Below, one piece after another: positions 52,484-64,000 of a stretch of DNA of 64,000 nucleotides; positions within the stretch are counted from its first letter, which is position 1; every line of letters starts with the position of its first letter. Under the pieces are notes generated by a model that was not told the DNA's origin, did no database searches, and saw only the letters and a list, made by a program, of their open reading frames with translations. The position numbers and the translations under genes were made by a program. This DNA is from Octopus sinensis (taxonomy: Eukaryota). Location of the stretch: contig NC_043005.1 in NCBI RefSeq assembly GCF_006345805.1, forward strand, positions 5,394,001 to 5,458,000, in the 5' to 3' direction.

Positions 52484-53019
52484 CGATGTCCGATCAAGAA
52501 GTATCAGGACTGTTGCTATGGTAACAGAGCTGAAGTACTCAGGGTGAAGCTTACTTGGCACAGATTGACCTTCAAATCTGTTGTGTATGCTCACTAAGTT
52601 ATAAAGTTCTTGCTCAGTTCTGTTGTTTATAGCAGTGCTCGGAGGTAAAGTGTGTAGAGCGTGGTCATCTGTGCCAAATCTCCTTGAATGTGTCAAGGAA
52701 GAGGACATGGTCTTAATGAGAAAATGGTTTTAACAAGTGACAAATTGTGAGTCTATGGCTATGGCCCTGAAGCCAAGGCTCAGTCTTCATAATGCAAGAC
52801 ACCAACAAGATTTTTAAGATGTTGAGGAAATCGAAATGCAGTGAGGCAGCTGCTTGCTATCCCTAAAAAGGAGTTCCAGGAATGTTTCTATCAATGGAAA
52901 TGACACTATATCAAGTGTGGGGCTTCAGAAGGGGACAACTTTGAAGAAAATTAAATACTGAATTGTGTTGCAGTTTTCTTTTTATTGCACCAGTCCTCAT
53001 ACTTTTTGATCAATCTTTG
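52484..53019 (+). mobile_element. Internally deleted non-autonomous mariner (~540 bp)
   Basis: TIRs TA-CGATGTCCGATCAAGAAGTATCAGGACTG and CAGTCCTCATACTTTTTGATCAATCTTTG. Remnants TSDKL*VYGYGPEAKAQSS*CKTP (cf. TGDETWVYGYDPETKxQSSxWK) and RQLLAIPKKEFQECFYQWK*HYIKCGASEGDNFEEN*. Confidence 0.85.
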
Positions 53020-54301
53020 CAAATGACCATTTTAATATCAAATTTTACACACACACACACACTTGAAAGAAAAAGGCACTCAACACATTTAGTAAGTGTT
53101 ACGTGTATTATTATCTAAAACAGTTTGATTTGGCTCCATGTGACTTAAAGTTTGTGGGCTTCTTGGAGAACCCATCTTGTTCAGGCCTAGGTTACTGAAT
53201 TTGGTAAATAGCTTAGTAACTGGTGGTTTAAGAGTACTATGGAGAAGCTGTGCTGAAGAAGTGACAATATTTAAGCCATTTTAATATCAACCCACCTAAG
53301 ACCATCCTTGGTTTTCTGTTTTAAAGTGATTTAAATTAAAACTGTCCTTCAAAATTTCATGTTAATTTGTGTTCCAAATATCAGCTTAATAACAAAAAAA
53401 AATGTTAGTCTATGATATTCTTCATCTCTTTAAAAAATTGAACTGAAACAAAGGTTGAGTGATGCAGTTTTATATTTCTGAGATGAGGAATTGTATTATG
53501 TATACTGTTTATGTGAGTCAAACTGGTGTCATCATCTTCATTGTTGCTTTCACTACATTTCAGCTATTGTATGCTCCAGCCTTCTTCAGGTGTCTTGTGC
53601 TACACTCAGTTGTTGTATTGGAATTTTGACCCAGGCTGCACACTCTTCTCAGTCTACTCTTTGTGTTTTGTGGCATTTTTGCTTCAGTTGATTTTTTTAT
53701 GGAACGTACAAGAGGGAAAAGCAACAATCAAGATGACACCAGTCTGACTAATATAAACATAAGAGCAGAGTATTTCTATAGAAATTTAGTACTGAAAAGG
53801 ATAAGCAGACTTATATTCAAAGACATCCCAGCCATGACCATCCAGTCATTTTATAGTTAACCACAGTAAATTCCAGACTACATCTTCCAGTGATGGTAGG
53901 GTGTGATTTAATCCTTTTCATATCAACCTACCTCAGACCACTTCTGGTTCTATGATGCAACCTTTTTGTTTGAGGTCTAAATTCAATTCCTTCCATTAAA
54001 ATCTCATTTTAATTTATGTTCCAAACACCAAGTTAATCACAGAGTATTTGACGAAGCCTCTTCGTTATTTTCAAAATAGTAAAAACAGCAGCGTTATTCA
54101 AAAGAGTCGAGATATTCATTATGTGGTGGATGGTAGTGACTTGCTTATTCAACAGAATAATTATTCTCTAATTAGATTAAGGTGGTTTAGGCTGGCGTGG
54201 CAAAAGGAATATTCGAAATACTGTTATCTTTTATTGCAGCGTTTTCTTTCTCTTAACAATTGTCTTTAAGAAGTCTCCATTTCTAAATGACTTTTTTCTA
54301 G

Positions 54302-54465
54302 GATATTCGTAAACATTTGAAAAAACAGAAACCTTCTGAAACAGTAGCACCCCCAGTTCCTGTCGACCGCATGTTCTATCCTAGCACTGGAAGCTACGAC
54401 AGAGTTGGGAATGGAGCGGCCTGTGACTGTAGCAGGACACAAACAGGTATCAACACGGCTAACAG
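54302..54465 (+). CDS. Sulf1: SULF exon F: DIRKHLKKQKPSETVAPPVPVDRMFYPSTGSYDRVGNGAACDCSRTQTGINTAN(R)
   Basis: Acceptor cttttttctag, donor AG|gtgagc; 164 nt, phase 0-2. NLK|DIRKHLKKQKP continues the SULF motif NLREVRGHLKRRKP, followed by CDC. Not shown on + in the ORF track. Confidence 0.88.
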
Positions 54466-56936
54466 GTGAGCATGTCTTAGCTTGATTAACTGACAGCAAT
54501 GGTTGCATGATGGACTACATAGAGGTGTGTGTGTGTGATTGAGTAATACTGATATATATATATATATGTAATAACACACATATATGCATTATATATATCT
54601 CATATGTTAAATAGCAATCTTAGTGTGTAGATAGTCAGGAATTCCTATATGAATACACCCAAAGAACCTAAGTCATTGTTCAGTGTAAGATATTTGGTCA
54701 AGTGTAGTAGAAGCTGTTGCCACTTTCTCTTCAGGTCGTCTTTAATTAATTATTCCTCAGGATGACCGGCAGTAAGTAGCAAAGGTTCAGTGAAAAAAAA
54801 ACCCTCTTCATTTGTATGAATTTGTTTGGAAGGGGCAGTAATCCGGCAGTATTAGATGTAAGTTTTGCCCCCTGGATTGTCAGCAATTATTCAGGTTAAA
54901 AGAAATTTTAATTAAGGAAAGTAATTTTAAGCATGTATATGCTTTGTTGTGGTAAATTATTCAAATCCTTTGTTGGTGTGTAGGTTGTTGCAAGTGGTTG
55001 GGATGGTTATGTAGATTTTTTATCAACATCTTTACAGGCATCTCCATGTATAAAGGTGTTGATATGTACATTGCATATATTTTGTGGAAATAGTGAAGTG
55101 TAAATTGTCAGTTCTTTTAATGGAGAGAGAAAGAAAGTAGTTTGATTAACTGACATGGTGATTTGTGCAGTTGTTAGCTTGGTTTAGATATCTTCCAGTT
55201 GGACAGGAAAAATTTGTCTTTATTGGTTCATTTGGTGAATATCTCTTTTCTAGAATTTACTTAGCTCTTGTGGTCCTTCATCTTTGTTCTGTGTATGGTA
55301 TTTACATAAACTCCATTTTTTGATCCATTCATGGATGCTATAATTGATATTGCCTCTCAGTTTCCTACATTTCTACATGGAGAATCTGGAAGATTGATCT
55401 CAAAATGTTGATCCTCACTGTGGAGTTGACAAAGACAGAGATAACTGGCATTTCATTATGTTTGATAACATTTGTCCATGATGGCAAAAGTGAGGCCTTA
55501 AAAGTATTAGGTTTAGGTCTATAGTCTCACTCTGTTCCCCTTCTCTCATCTTCCTGTATCCATCGCTCTGTTATGCTTCTAACAATGACTCGCTTCAACT
55601 GCTGTGATCAAATGAAAGCAGAATCTACACATATCCCCCATCCCCGGGGGGCACTACTAGTTACCTTCCCATCCTGACATTTATTTCTGGTAACTCCTCT
55701 GCCCTTGTACATCATTCAGTGCATTCACCTCTACCCCCAACTGTAACCAAACCACCTGCCACTCTCTTCTCACACTGTTATGAACTTATCTCTCCTTACC
55801 TTCCTATCTTCAATCTATATTCTCTCTTATACACATCTTCTTGTACATTGAGAGTATGCTCTGACATCTTATCACCAACATTATTATCGTCTCAGCCACT
55901 CCCATCCATTCCTCTATAATGCAAGGTAGCCATGTATTTCTTCCATATTAAGACACCTGTGCCCGTCCTCCTAATTTACTTTAGCTGCTCAACACCAGGC
56001 ATAATGCCGCCTCACCTAGTGTAGTCATTAAAAATTTGTAAACGCATTTCTGAATTGCTGCATTGCTGCACACATGGCAACAATAATTGCATGTCTTTTC
56101 ATTTCTTGCATTAGCATTTTATCTGCCATGAGGGATCTGAAAGAAATACAAGCCTTTTGATTAGTTTGAAGAGGGTAATACAATGATAATTGTGTCCCCA
56201 AATACCCCAGCACACTATGTTTATAAAAGCTTTTTTCCATTTGTTTTTACACCCATTTTTTCATGATTGCATCAGTTGGATGAATATGTTACATGAAGTA
56301 TTGTTTACAGCTGGATGCCTTTCTTGTTGCTAACCTTTACCTATTTTTCAAATGTTAGCAACTCCTTTTCCATACAGCTTCAAATGCACAAAGTGACTTG
56401 GTGATTTGTTCAAAGAAACCAACAACAACACTGCTTGCTGTGTATTTATGCGAGTGATTGCAGATGTAAACAAGTAGATGACACACGTACATGTACACAC
56501 ACACACACACCAGTCATCCAATTTCCATCTAGCAAATTTGCATTCAAAGTTTTGTTCAACTCGGAGCTATTAAAGAGACCTACCCAATTTGGGACTGAAC
56601 TTGTGGCCATGCTGTGACACAGCTATGTATGTATTTGTGTGTGTATGATGAACTATATAAAAAAAATATATGTGCATCTGAAAAACTCTGTGAATATGAT
56701 CTTTACAAAATACATTAATAAAATTTTTGCAGCAACTCGTGTTTCATGACTGAACAAAACTTTATACATTTGTGAGTCATAAAGATTGTTTTCATCATCA
56801 GCATTTATCATTCTGCAAAGATATGACACTAGTTTTATATATATATATATATAATGCATAGTCTTTTACATATTATGTATATGTGAGTGAAGGAAGAAAG
56901 AGAATTATACATTAATACATATTGTGCTATTTTCAG

Positions 56937-57151
56937 GAAGTTAACTACACCAAAATTTAACACTTTGTTTAGTACAAATCAACCAATTCTACCATGGAAG
57001 CGTCCACGGTATCGCAAGAAGATATTGAAGCGTAAATTTAAGCGTAAGTTTAAGCGTAACCGGAAAGACAGTAAACATGAATGCCGTGTTCCGAACATGA
57101 AATGTTTTACACATGACAACGATCACTGGAAAACCCCACCTTACTGGAACT
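56937..57151 (+). CDS. Sulf1: SULF exon G: KLTTPKF...[51 protein letters not shown]
   Basis: Acceptor tattttcag, donor T|gtaagt; 215 nt, phase 2-1. A basic cluster followed by ECxxPxxxCFTHDNxHWxTxPxWN is a hallmark SULF motif. No following exon recognised before 64000. Confidence 0.95.
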
Positions 57152-59342
57152 GTAAGTTTCCTTTTACTTCTATACAATCACAACTTGTCATCTCTTGACT
57201 ATTGCATGCAACCTTAAATTCAGAAGGTATTTATGTCTTTTCCCTAAATATTAAGAAATATTTCAGATACACATTGGCATTTCATAAAGTTGAAGAGAAT
57301 GCTGAATTGTATTTAATATGAAACTGTGTGCATTTCTTATTTATTTATTTCACTATTTCTACGAAATGAACTAAACTACTTTGAACCAAATATGTTTCTT
57401 CTTTCTGTTGTCTTTGTTATTGTTGAGCTAGTCCTGTTTGATGTATAGTGGTATAAGAATATATCGTCTAAATGGTCAATTACGATTATGTTAATTTTAT
57501 TTATAAGTTTGTTGTAATAGCTGACGTGAAAATCTTTGAACTAATTTTGTATCTATTTGGATATCTAAGTTAAGGTAGTTTATACACATACACACCCATA
57601 TATATTAATCTAAATTGAAGGCTTTTAAAATATATATTGATAAACAGCAATATATATATATAGTATAGGACATACAATGGAGTCAACAAAATGAAGCCTG
57701 TTTATCTTAATTTCATAAGTTCTGCTGATTTTATTGTGATACTGGATAGAATTTTCAGTGATATTCCATAGCTTCTCTCCACCACCCCTCTCTTTTCCTG
57801 ACACGCACACACACACACACACACACACTGCAGGCACAAATACTTACACATAATCTCACTTGTATACATCAGAGACATAACAGGTTCAGTTGATAGCATG
57901 CTGGTCAGTCACCCAAAGGATCCAGAGTTCATGTTCTACTGTTGATACTGTGCTACAGACTTTTTTCTTTCTCATCAATAACCCTGGGCTATAATTTTGG
58001 TGGAACCCATCCTCGCCCATATTTCTAATCCTTATTGTTAAGGTAAACCCCAGTGCTACTCTTCTTCTAAGAATTTGGGAAAATTTGTGAAATAGTGTTT
58101 TGCAATTGGAGTGCTTCTTGAAACCACGGTGAACTAATATGAAATACTTCCTTATTTTCAAATCTGACTGCAACAGAAGCAGTATATTTTATCAGGAACA
58201 TACTAACAAAAATGTTAAGTAGATTATGTTTAAAGGCATCCCAGCCATGACCATCCAATCATTTTTGTATTTAATCACAATAAATACCAGATTACATTAT
58301 CCAGTGATTTGACCGTTTTGATGCCAGCCTACCTGTTAATTTTAATAATGGCAAAGTTATTTTACCAAATTCTTCGTTATTTTAAAACTTAATTCAAAGA
58401 AAGGCAATCTACTTTACCAGAAATATGGTAGTAAAAGGGTTAAATATCAAATATCCAGTTATACTTTAATTGCTTAGCAAACACCAAGTTCACATTTTAA
58501 ATAGTTACCGAGCATCATCCAGTTAGACATCAAATAGCTTACAAAAACATCTAATTCTTAACAAGTTTCCAAAAATCCAGAAATGCCTTGACCCTTTTGT
58601 TTCAGTTAACCTTGAAGATAATCAAGAATTTTAGTAAAATAACTTTGTCACATTTAAGGTGGTGTTTGGAACATAAATTAACATGAAATTATGATGGAAA
58701 GTTTTAATTAAGATCACTCTAAGACAAGTTTATATCATAGAACCAGGAGTGGTCTCAGGTGGGTTAGTATCAAAAGGGTTAAAAACTTGGATTAAACATA
58801 TTTTTGAAAATACTTAGGTTGACTACATTTAGTAGAATAGGCTTCCAAATGTTTTTTTTTTTGTGTGAAGATATAAAAAGAAAATTGAAAGAAACATTTA
58901 AAATGTTAATTTGTAATACTTGAAAAGAAAAATGTTTAACTTTTTTGTTAGAATATTTCTAACTTACACTTCTTTTTAGAATAGAGAATTTCAATGAAAT
59001 AACTTAGTCGTTATTAAACGTATGCGTGGGTACAGCTGCATGGTAAGAAGCACATGGTGCTGTGTTCAGTGACACTGTGTGACTCTATGGGGCAGGTGTC
59101 TTCTACTGTAGCTCTGGACTTACCAAAGCCTTGTGAGTGGATTTGGTAGACCAAAACTGAAAGAAGCCTGTTGTGTGTGTGTGTGTGTCCAAAATTGGGG
59201 AATGGAGTAGATAAAATCCTGCAGGCTGCATAAGTTTCTATATTACATATACGTTCTACGAACTGCTTGATCCTTGGATCTTACCTTTACATACACACAC
59301 ACACACATATATATATATAGGCAAACCTTTCACACCCATTAC

Positions 59343-59385
<43 letters not shown>

Positions 59386-60414
59386 CATCATCATTGTTTA
59401 ACATCCGCTTTCCATGCTGGCATGAGTTGGATGGTTTGACTTAGGACTGGCAAGCCAGTTGGCTGCTCCAGGTTCCAATCATCTGTTTTGGCATGGTTTC
59501 TACAACTGGATGTCCTTCCTAATGTCAACCACTTTACAGTGTTCTGGGTGCTGTATACATGGCACCAGCATGGGTGCTTCTGTATGTGGCACTAGTACAG
59601 GTACTCTTTATGTGGCCCCTGCACGGGGTCTTTTTATGTTTCACCAGCATTGTTATCATTGAACCTCCACTTTTCATGTTTGCATGGCCAGTTGTAACCA
59701 ATTGAGGCAGATTTCCTAGGGCTGTCACTAACCCTCACTTGTTTCCAAGCAAGGTAACATTTCCTTCCAGTCAGATATGGTTTTCATTGGAAGATCAGAA
59801 ACAAACCACACCACTTGTATAACAGTGACACTCATTTACAACCAACATGTGATGTGAAGACAAGATGCACAAGCATGCATGTGTGCACACAGTGGATTTC
59901 TTTTAGTTTCTGTTTACCAGATCCACTTGCAAGGCTTTGGTTGGCCCAAGGATATAGTAGATGACCCTTGTCCAGTGTGCTACACTGTGAAACAACCTGA
60001 GACCACATGGTTGAGAAGCAAACTTCTTAATCCCCACAGCCATACCCACCCCTATGAAATGCATGTGATAATGAAATTTCTCATTTATTTATCTTTAACA
60101 ATTCAAATGATCTGAATGGAGACGATTATAATGATGTCTTTATGTCTCAATCACAATGTTCTCAATAGATAAATGTCTGTCACAGAGAAAATTCGTTTAA
60201 TATGGAGTTCACTTTAAAATTCACCCTAGAATCACACTTGTTTCTATGACAACTGCATGCTCTTCTGTGTATTATGAAATGAATCTCTGCTCATCATAAA
60301 GTCATAGTAATCTGTCACTATTAAGAATATCAACAAGGGTCTTGTTCAAAAGTATTTGTTTGGGTGTTGAATGAAATGCAGTTTCTAACTATCAACAATT
60401 ATTAGAAATCAGTA

Positions 60415-61110
60415 AATTATTATTATTATTGAAGGCATTGCACAGTATCCAATATTGTGATGTTGTTGATTGAAGATATTGTGTGTGCCAGGGATTTGAG
60501 CTGCCTGTCAAGTCACAATAAGGACCTCAGACTGACAGCACTTTATGCAGGATGCTTACGGTTCCAAGAAAAGCTGGTCTTTGTAATACACCAAAATCGT
60601 TGAGTATTTCTGAAGTGTGAAGATGTTTCTTCATGTTTGGTGGTATTGAACCCAATGCTCTAATGACAACAGGAACAGCCTTTGTGTTTGATTCTTGCAG
60701 CTGCCACAACTTGGCAATCTCACTTCCCAGGTCTTCCTATTTGTCGACCTTTTCCTCTTTCTTTCAAGGTCTTCGGCTACCTCGTCATGCCTGTGCTTGT
60801 ACTCTTTCTGTGCAAGACTTTCACAAGCACTAACAATGTGAGTCACGCTTTTGACCTTCTTCCCACACATTCTGCAGAGGTTTGTTGTACTTGTGTGGTA
60901 TATATCCCTTTTCACTGAGTTGGTATTCAATACCTGGTCTTGGGCAGCAATGATTAGGCTTTCAGTATTCTTTTTAAGGTCACCTTTGCTGAGCCACATC
61001 CATGATGCTTCCTAGTCTTTTAATCGTTAGTTTCACACTGGAACTGACCATGTGATTCCATGTGGAGTAGTGTTCTTCCTCTCTCGTTGGCTATTCAGGA
61101 TCAAAATTCA
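60415..61110 (-). mobile_element. 3' fragment of an R4/Dong-like RLE LINE with internal deletion
   Basis: WLSKGDLKKNTESLIIAAQDQVLNT, CCHC knuckle CRMC...HIVSAC, KHRHD, then a deletion, then AVPVVIRALGSIP...LGTVSILHKVLSV*. Ends in an (AAT)n tract on the element strand. Confidence 0.85.
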
Positions 61111-62187
61111 TTAACATTCAACTCCATTGTTGGTAAATCCTTCTGCATTACTTTTAGTTGTTTTTTTTTTCCTTCTCTATCCTCCCTCTATCTATCCATC
61201 TCTATGTCTGTCTGTGTATCTATCTATTAGTCTGCTTATCTTTCCATATCTGTCGACCTGCCTTTCTGTCTGTGTGTCTGTATCTCCATCTATCCATCCA
61301 CACTCTATCTCTATTTCTGTCTCCCTATCTATCAATCAGCCAATCGTATTTTCATCTTGCTAAAAGGTTAAATCTGATCTTTTATTTATTTATTTTTCTT
61401 CTTATTTTACTCTCCTCCTTTCATTCAGAATGATTTTATTGACAGTTTCCTCCTCAATTCAAACTCAATTCAGCTATAATAACATATTCTCTTAAAATAT
61501 GTCACCTGCTACAAGGGACAAGCCTAAAACATTATTTTCTATAATCAGCATCTAACAAATTTTCTATGACTTTGGTATTTTTTCATTAATCATCTTATTC
61601 ACATTATCAATTATCTCTATCTGTTTCTAACCCTTAATGATCACTCTTTACTTTCATCATCATCATTTTAACGACCATTTTTCCATGCTTGCATGGATCA
61701 GATGGAATTTGTTGAAACAGATTTTCTACATTTGGATGCTCTTCCTGTTGTCAACCATCAGCTGTTTCCAAGAAAGGTATTTTTTTCCCACATGGCTGAA
61801 TACATTTTTCACAGAAGACTGGAAATGATCACCGTTGCTTGTGTGATGGTGATGCTTGTTTGAAACCAATATGTGATACCAGGACAAGGGTGTGCACACA
61901 TACACACACACACACACAAAACATAACATAGCCATCATCATTTAAAGTTTGTGTTCCATGCTGGCATGTGTTGGGCAGTTTGGCAGAATCTGATGGGTTC
62001 AAGGACTGCCTCAAATTCCATTGTCTGTTTTGGCTTGGTTTTTACAGCCGGATTCCCTTTCTATTTCCAACCACAATACTTGGCAGATTTTTCTTACCAC
62101 CAGTAAACAAGTAAAATTGCTATGTAGCTTGCAAGACTACAAACACCGAGGGGGGGGGAGCTTAATGCTAGGAATGGGGTTGGTGGC

Positions 62188-62415
62188 TTAAACCTCTAGC
62201 ATTTAAACCGTCCCTATCTGGCCAAAATATTCCATTTGTTTTATGTTCAAAACTGACCAGATCCAGGCTCTCACACCTACCCTACAATGTTATTCTACAT
62301 TACACAATCACATCATTGAAATCTGAAGGATATGAGATAATGCAGGATAAATTCAAAACAATGTGAATCAATAAGCATTACGGTTGATTGAATAACCTGG
62401 ACCCGAAAGGGTTAA
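62188..62415 (+). mobile_element. TTAA-type MITE, family M2, copy 3
   Basis: ttaaacctctagcattt...gaaagggttaa, inserted in SINE-derived sequence. Confidence 0.75.
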
Positions 62416-63244
62416 AGTATAAGAAGAGTGGGTGTGGGGTGGGGGGCTTGCAGAGCAGTCTTTTGCTGTAGAGAAGCCATATGGCCACCACTCCCATCTT
62501 GAAGTGAGGGTGTGGATGAGCAAGTGTAGCTGGAAAGAGTTAAAGTAGTGATAATGAGGTATCCGGGTTGCCCCTTAAGGTATGAGGTGAATAGGAGGGC
62601 CCAGGGTGGGTGGGAGTTGCAAGAGTATATGGTGGGGAGAGTTGAGATATGAAAAGAAACACAGGAGAGGGAGGTACAAAAACTGATTGGATGTAGTGAG
62701 GGATGGACAGGCTTCTTTCAGTTTCCACCTACCAAATCCACTCACAAAGCTTTGGTCAGCTCAGGGCTATAGTAGAAGCCACTTGCCCAAAGTGCCATGC
62801 AGTGGGGCTGAACCTATCACTCTCTTTCTTTGTCTCTCACATATAACTCAGATACTTGATGCAAGAGAAAAGCACGTATTTATTTTTCTAATGGAACCAA
62901 AATATAACATAAGAGACACATCGCACTGAGTGGAAGGCATTGGATTTCTTGTTTTCTGCCTTCTTTTCTTTATTTGTTATGACTCCATGGTAAATAAAAT
63001 CTGCATTTTCTCCAGTGAATCATAAATAAATGACTGACAGCGATTTCATCAGTAAATAGTGAATTTGAGTGGGACATGCACACACATATATATATGTGTG
63101 TATGTATATTTATATCTATGTGCATACATATATACATACACATATGTACGCTAAGAAACAAGACTTAACTAATTCAGTCCCAAACTGCATATCATTAAAT
63201 CTGTACACTGATCCAGAAAGATTTTAGATTAATGAATAGTAATC

Positions 63245-63275
<31 letters not shown>

Positions 63276-63475
63276 CTTGGTTGTTTTTCTTGCCAGCTTT
63301 CAATGTTTGTGTCTATTTGGAAAGCAGTCCAACAAATCCGTGACTTTGCAATGGTTTAGATTAAAATGTTTTCTTTACACATATTTTAAAAACAAGTTAC
63401 AGTCAGACACTAATGAATAGACCGGCACTTTAATGCGTGCACTGTTTCCACATCTATGTATTGGCACATACCTAG

Positions 63476-63528
<53 letters not shown>

Positions 63529-64000
63529 TCTCTGTAAGTATATGTGTGGTGGGTGTACATATATATCAATATTATATATATACACACACACACACACACA
63601 AATTCATGTGTGTGTGTCCGTCTTCGTATGTGTGTGTGTGTGTGTATCCTAATGCATACATGTGTATATACATGTGCATCTGTACATAATTCCATGCTTT
63701 ATTTATAGACACATGTATTTTGTTTATTAGTTCATGTAAAAGAAGGCCAACTCCTGTCGACATTCTTGAGCTCTTCTAGCACAGAGGAATCAGTCATTAA
63801 CAGCAAAAGCAATTATTTTTTTAAAAATTGAAACGATATCACATATAGAGAGAGAAAGTCTCATAGAGATATGCTTGAGGGGCCAGCCTGACACCTCATC
63901 ACTGATATTTCATCTCTTTCCACCTCCTACCCATCCACTCCTCTGTGAGTCCCCCCCGACAGCAAGAAATGTTCTGGTTCCTCCTTTCATACTTTTACTT

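Noticed and set aside
54620-55400. Second Penelope-like RT relic on the minus strand
   Set aside because: Only vague motif echoes; no ordered motif set recoverable by eye.
57152-64000. Next SULF exon (expected FC.C...NNNTYWCLRT)
   Set aside because: Not found by eye; the NNNN ORF at 63232 is an (AAT)n microsatellite without the WCLRT motif.

Overview
AT-rich, microsatellite- and repeat-dense animal DNA. The repeat families (tRNA-derived SINEs with CORE-like and MetaSINE-like cores, RTE-type (GAT)n tails) resemble those of Octopus or other coleoid cephalopods; this is inferred, not proven. The window lies inside one + strand gene that the ORF track only partly shows: an extracellular heparan-sulfate 6-O-endosulfatase (SULF1/SULF2 family). 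Seven phase-compatible GT-AG exons (3272-3337, 7825-8011, 8981-9164, 22613-22729, 35998-36158, 54302-54465, 56937-57151; 1094 nt, about 364 aa) encode the end of the catalytic domain (WRDTVLLERG), the hydrophilic domain and the start of the C-terminal region ([16 protein letters not shown]). The gene's start and end are outside the window. The introns hold decayed mobile DNA: an RTE 3' end, a Penelope relic, restriction-like-endonuclease (RLE) LINE relics, a near-full mariner, a deleted mariner, a deleted Tc1, a hAT-type MITE with an 8-bp target-site duplication (TSD), more than 20 TTAA-flanked MITEs, many SINEs and tandem repeats. I found no clearly new biological system. The most unusual structures are a recurring MITE-spacer-MITE composite (5 copies), closely spaced inverted repeat pairs that could form pre-mRNA dsRNA, and a frame-neutral Sulf exon carrying the putative convertase site. 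Almost all other ORFs in the track are spurious.
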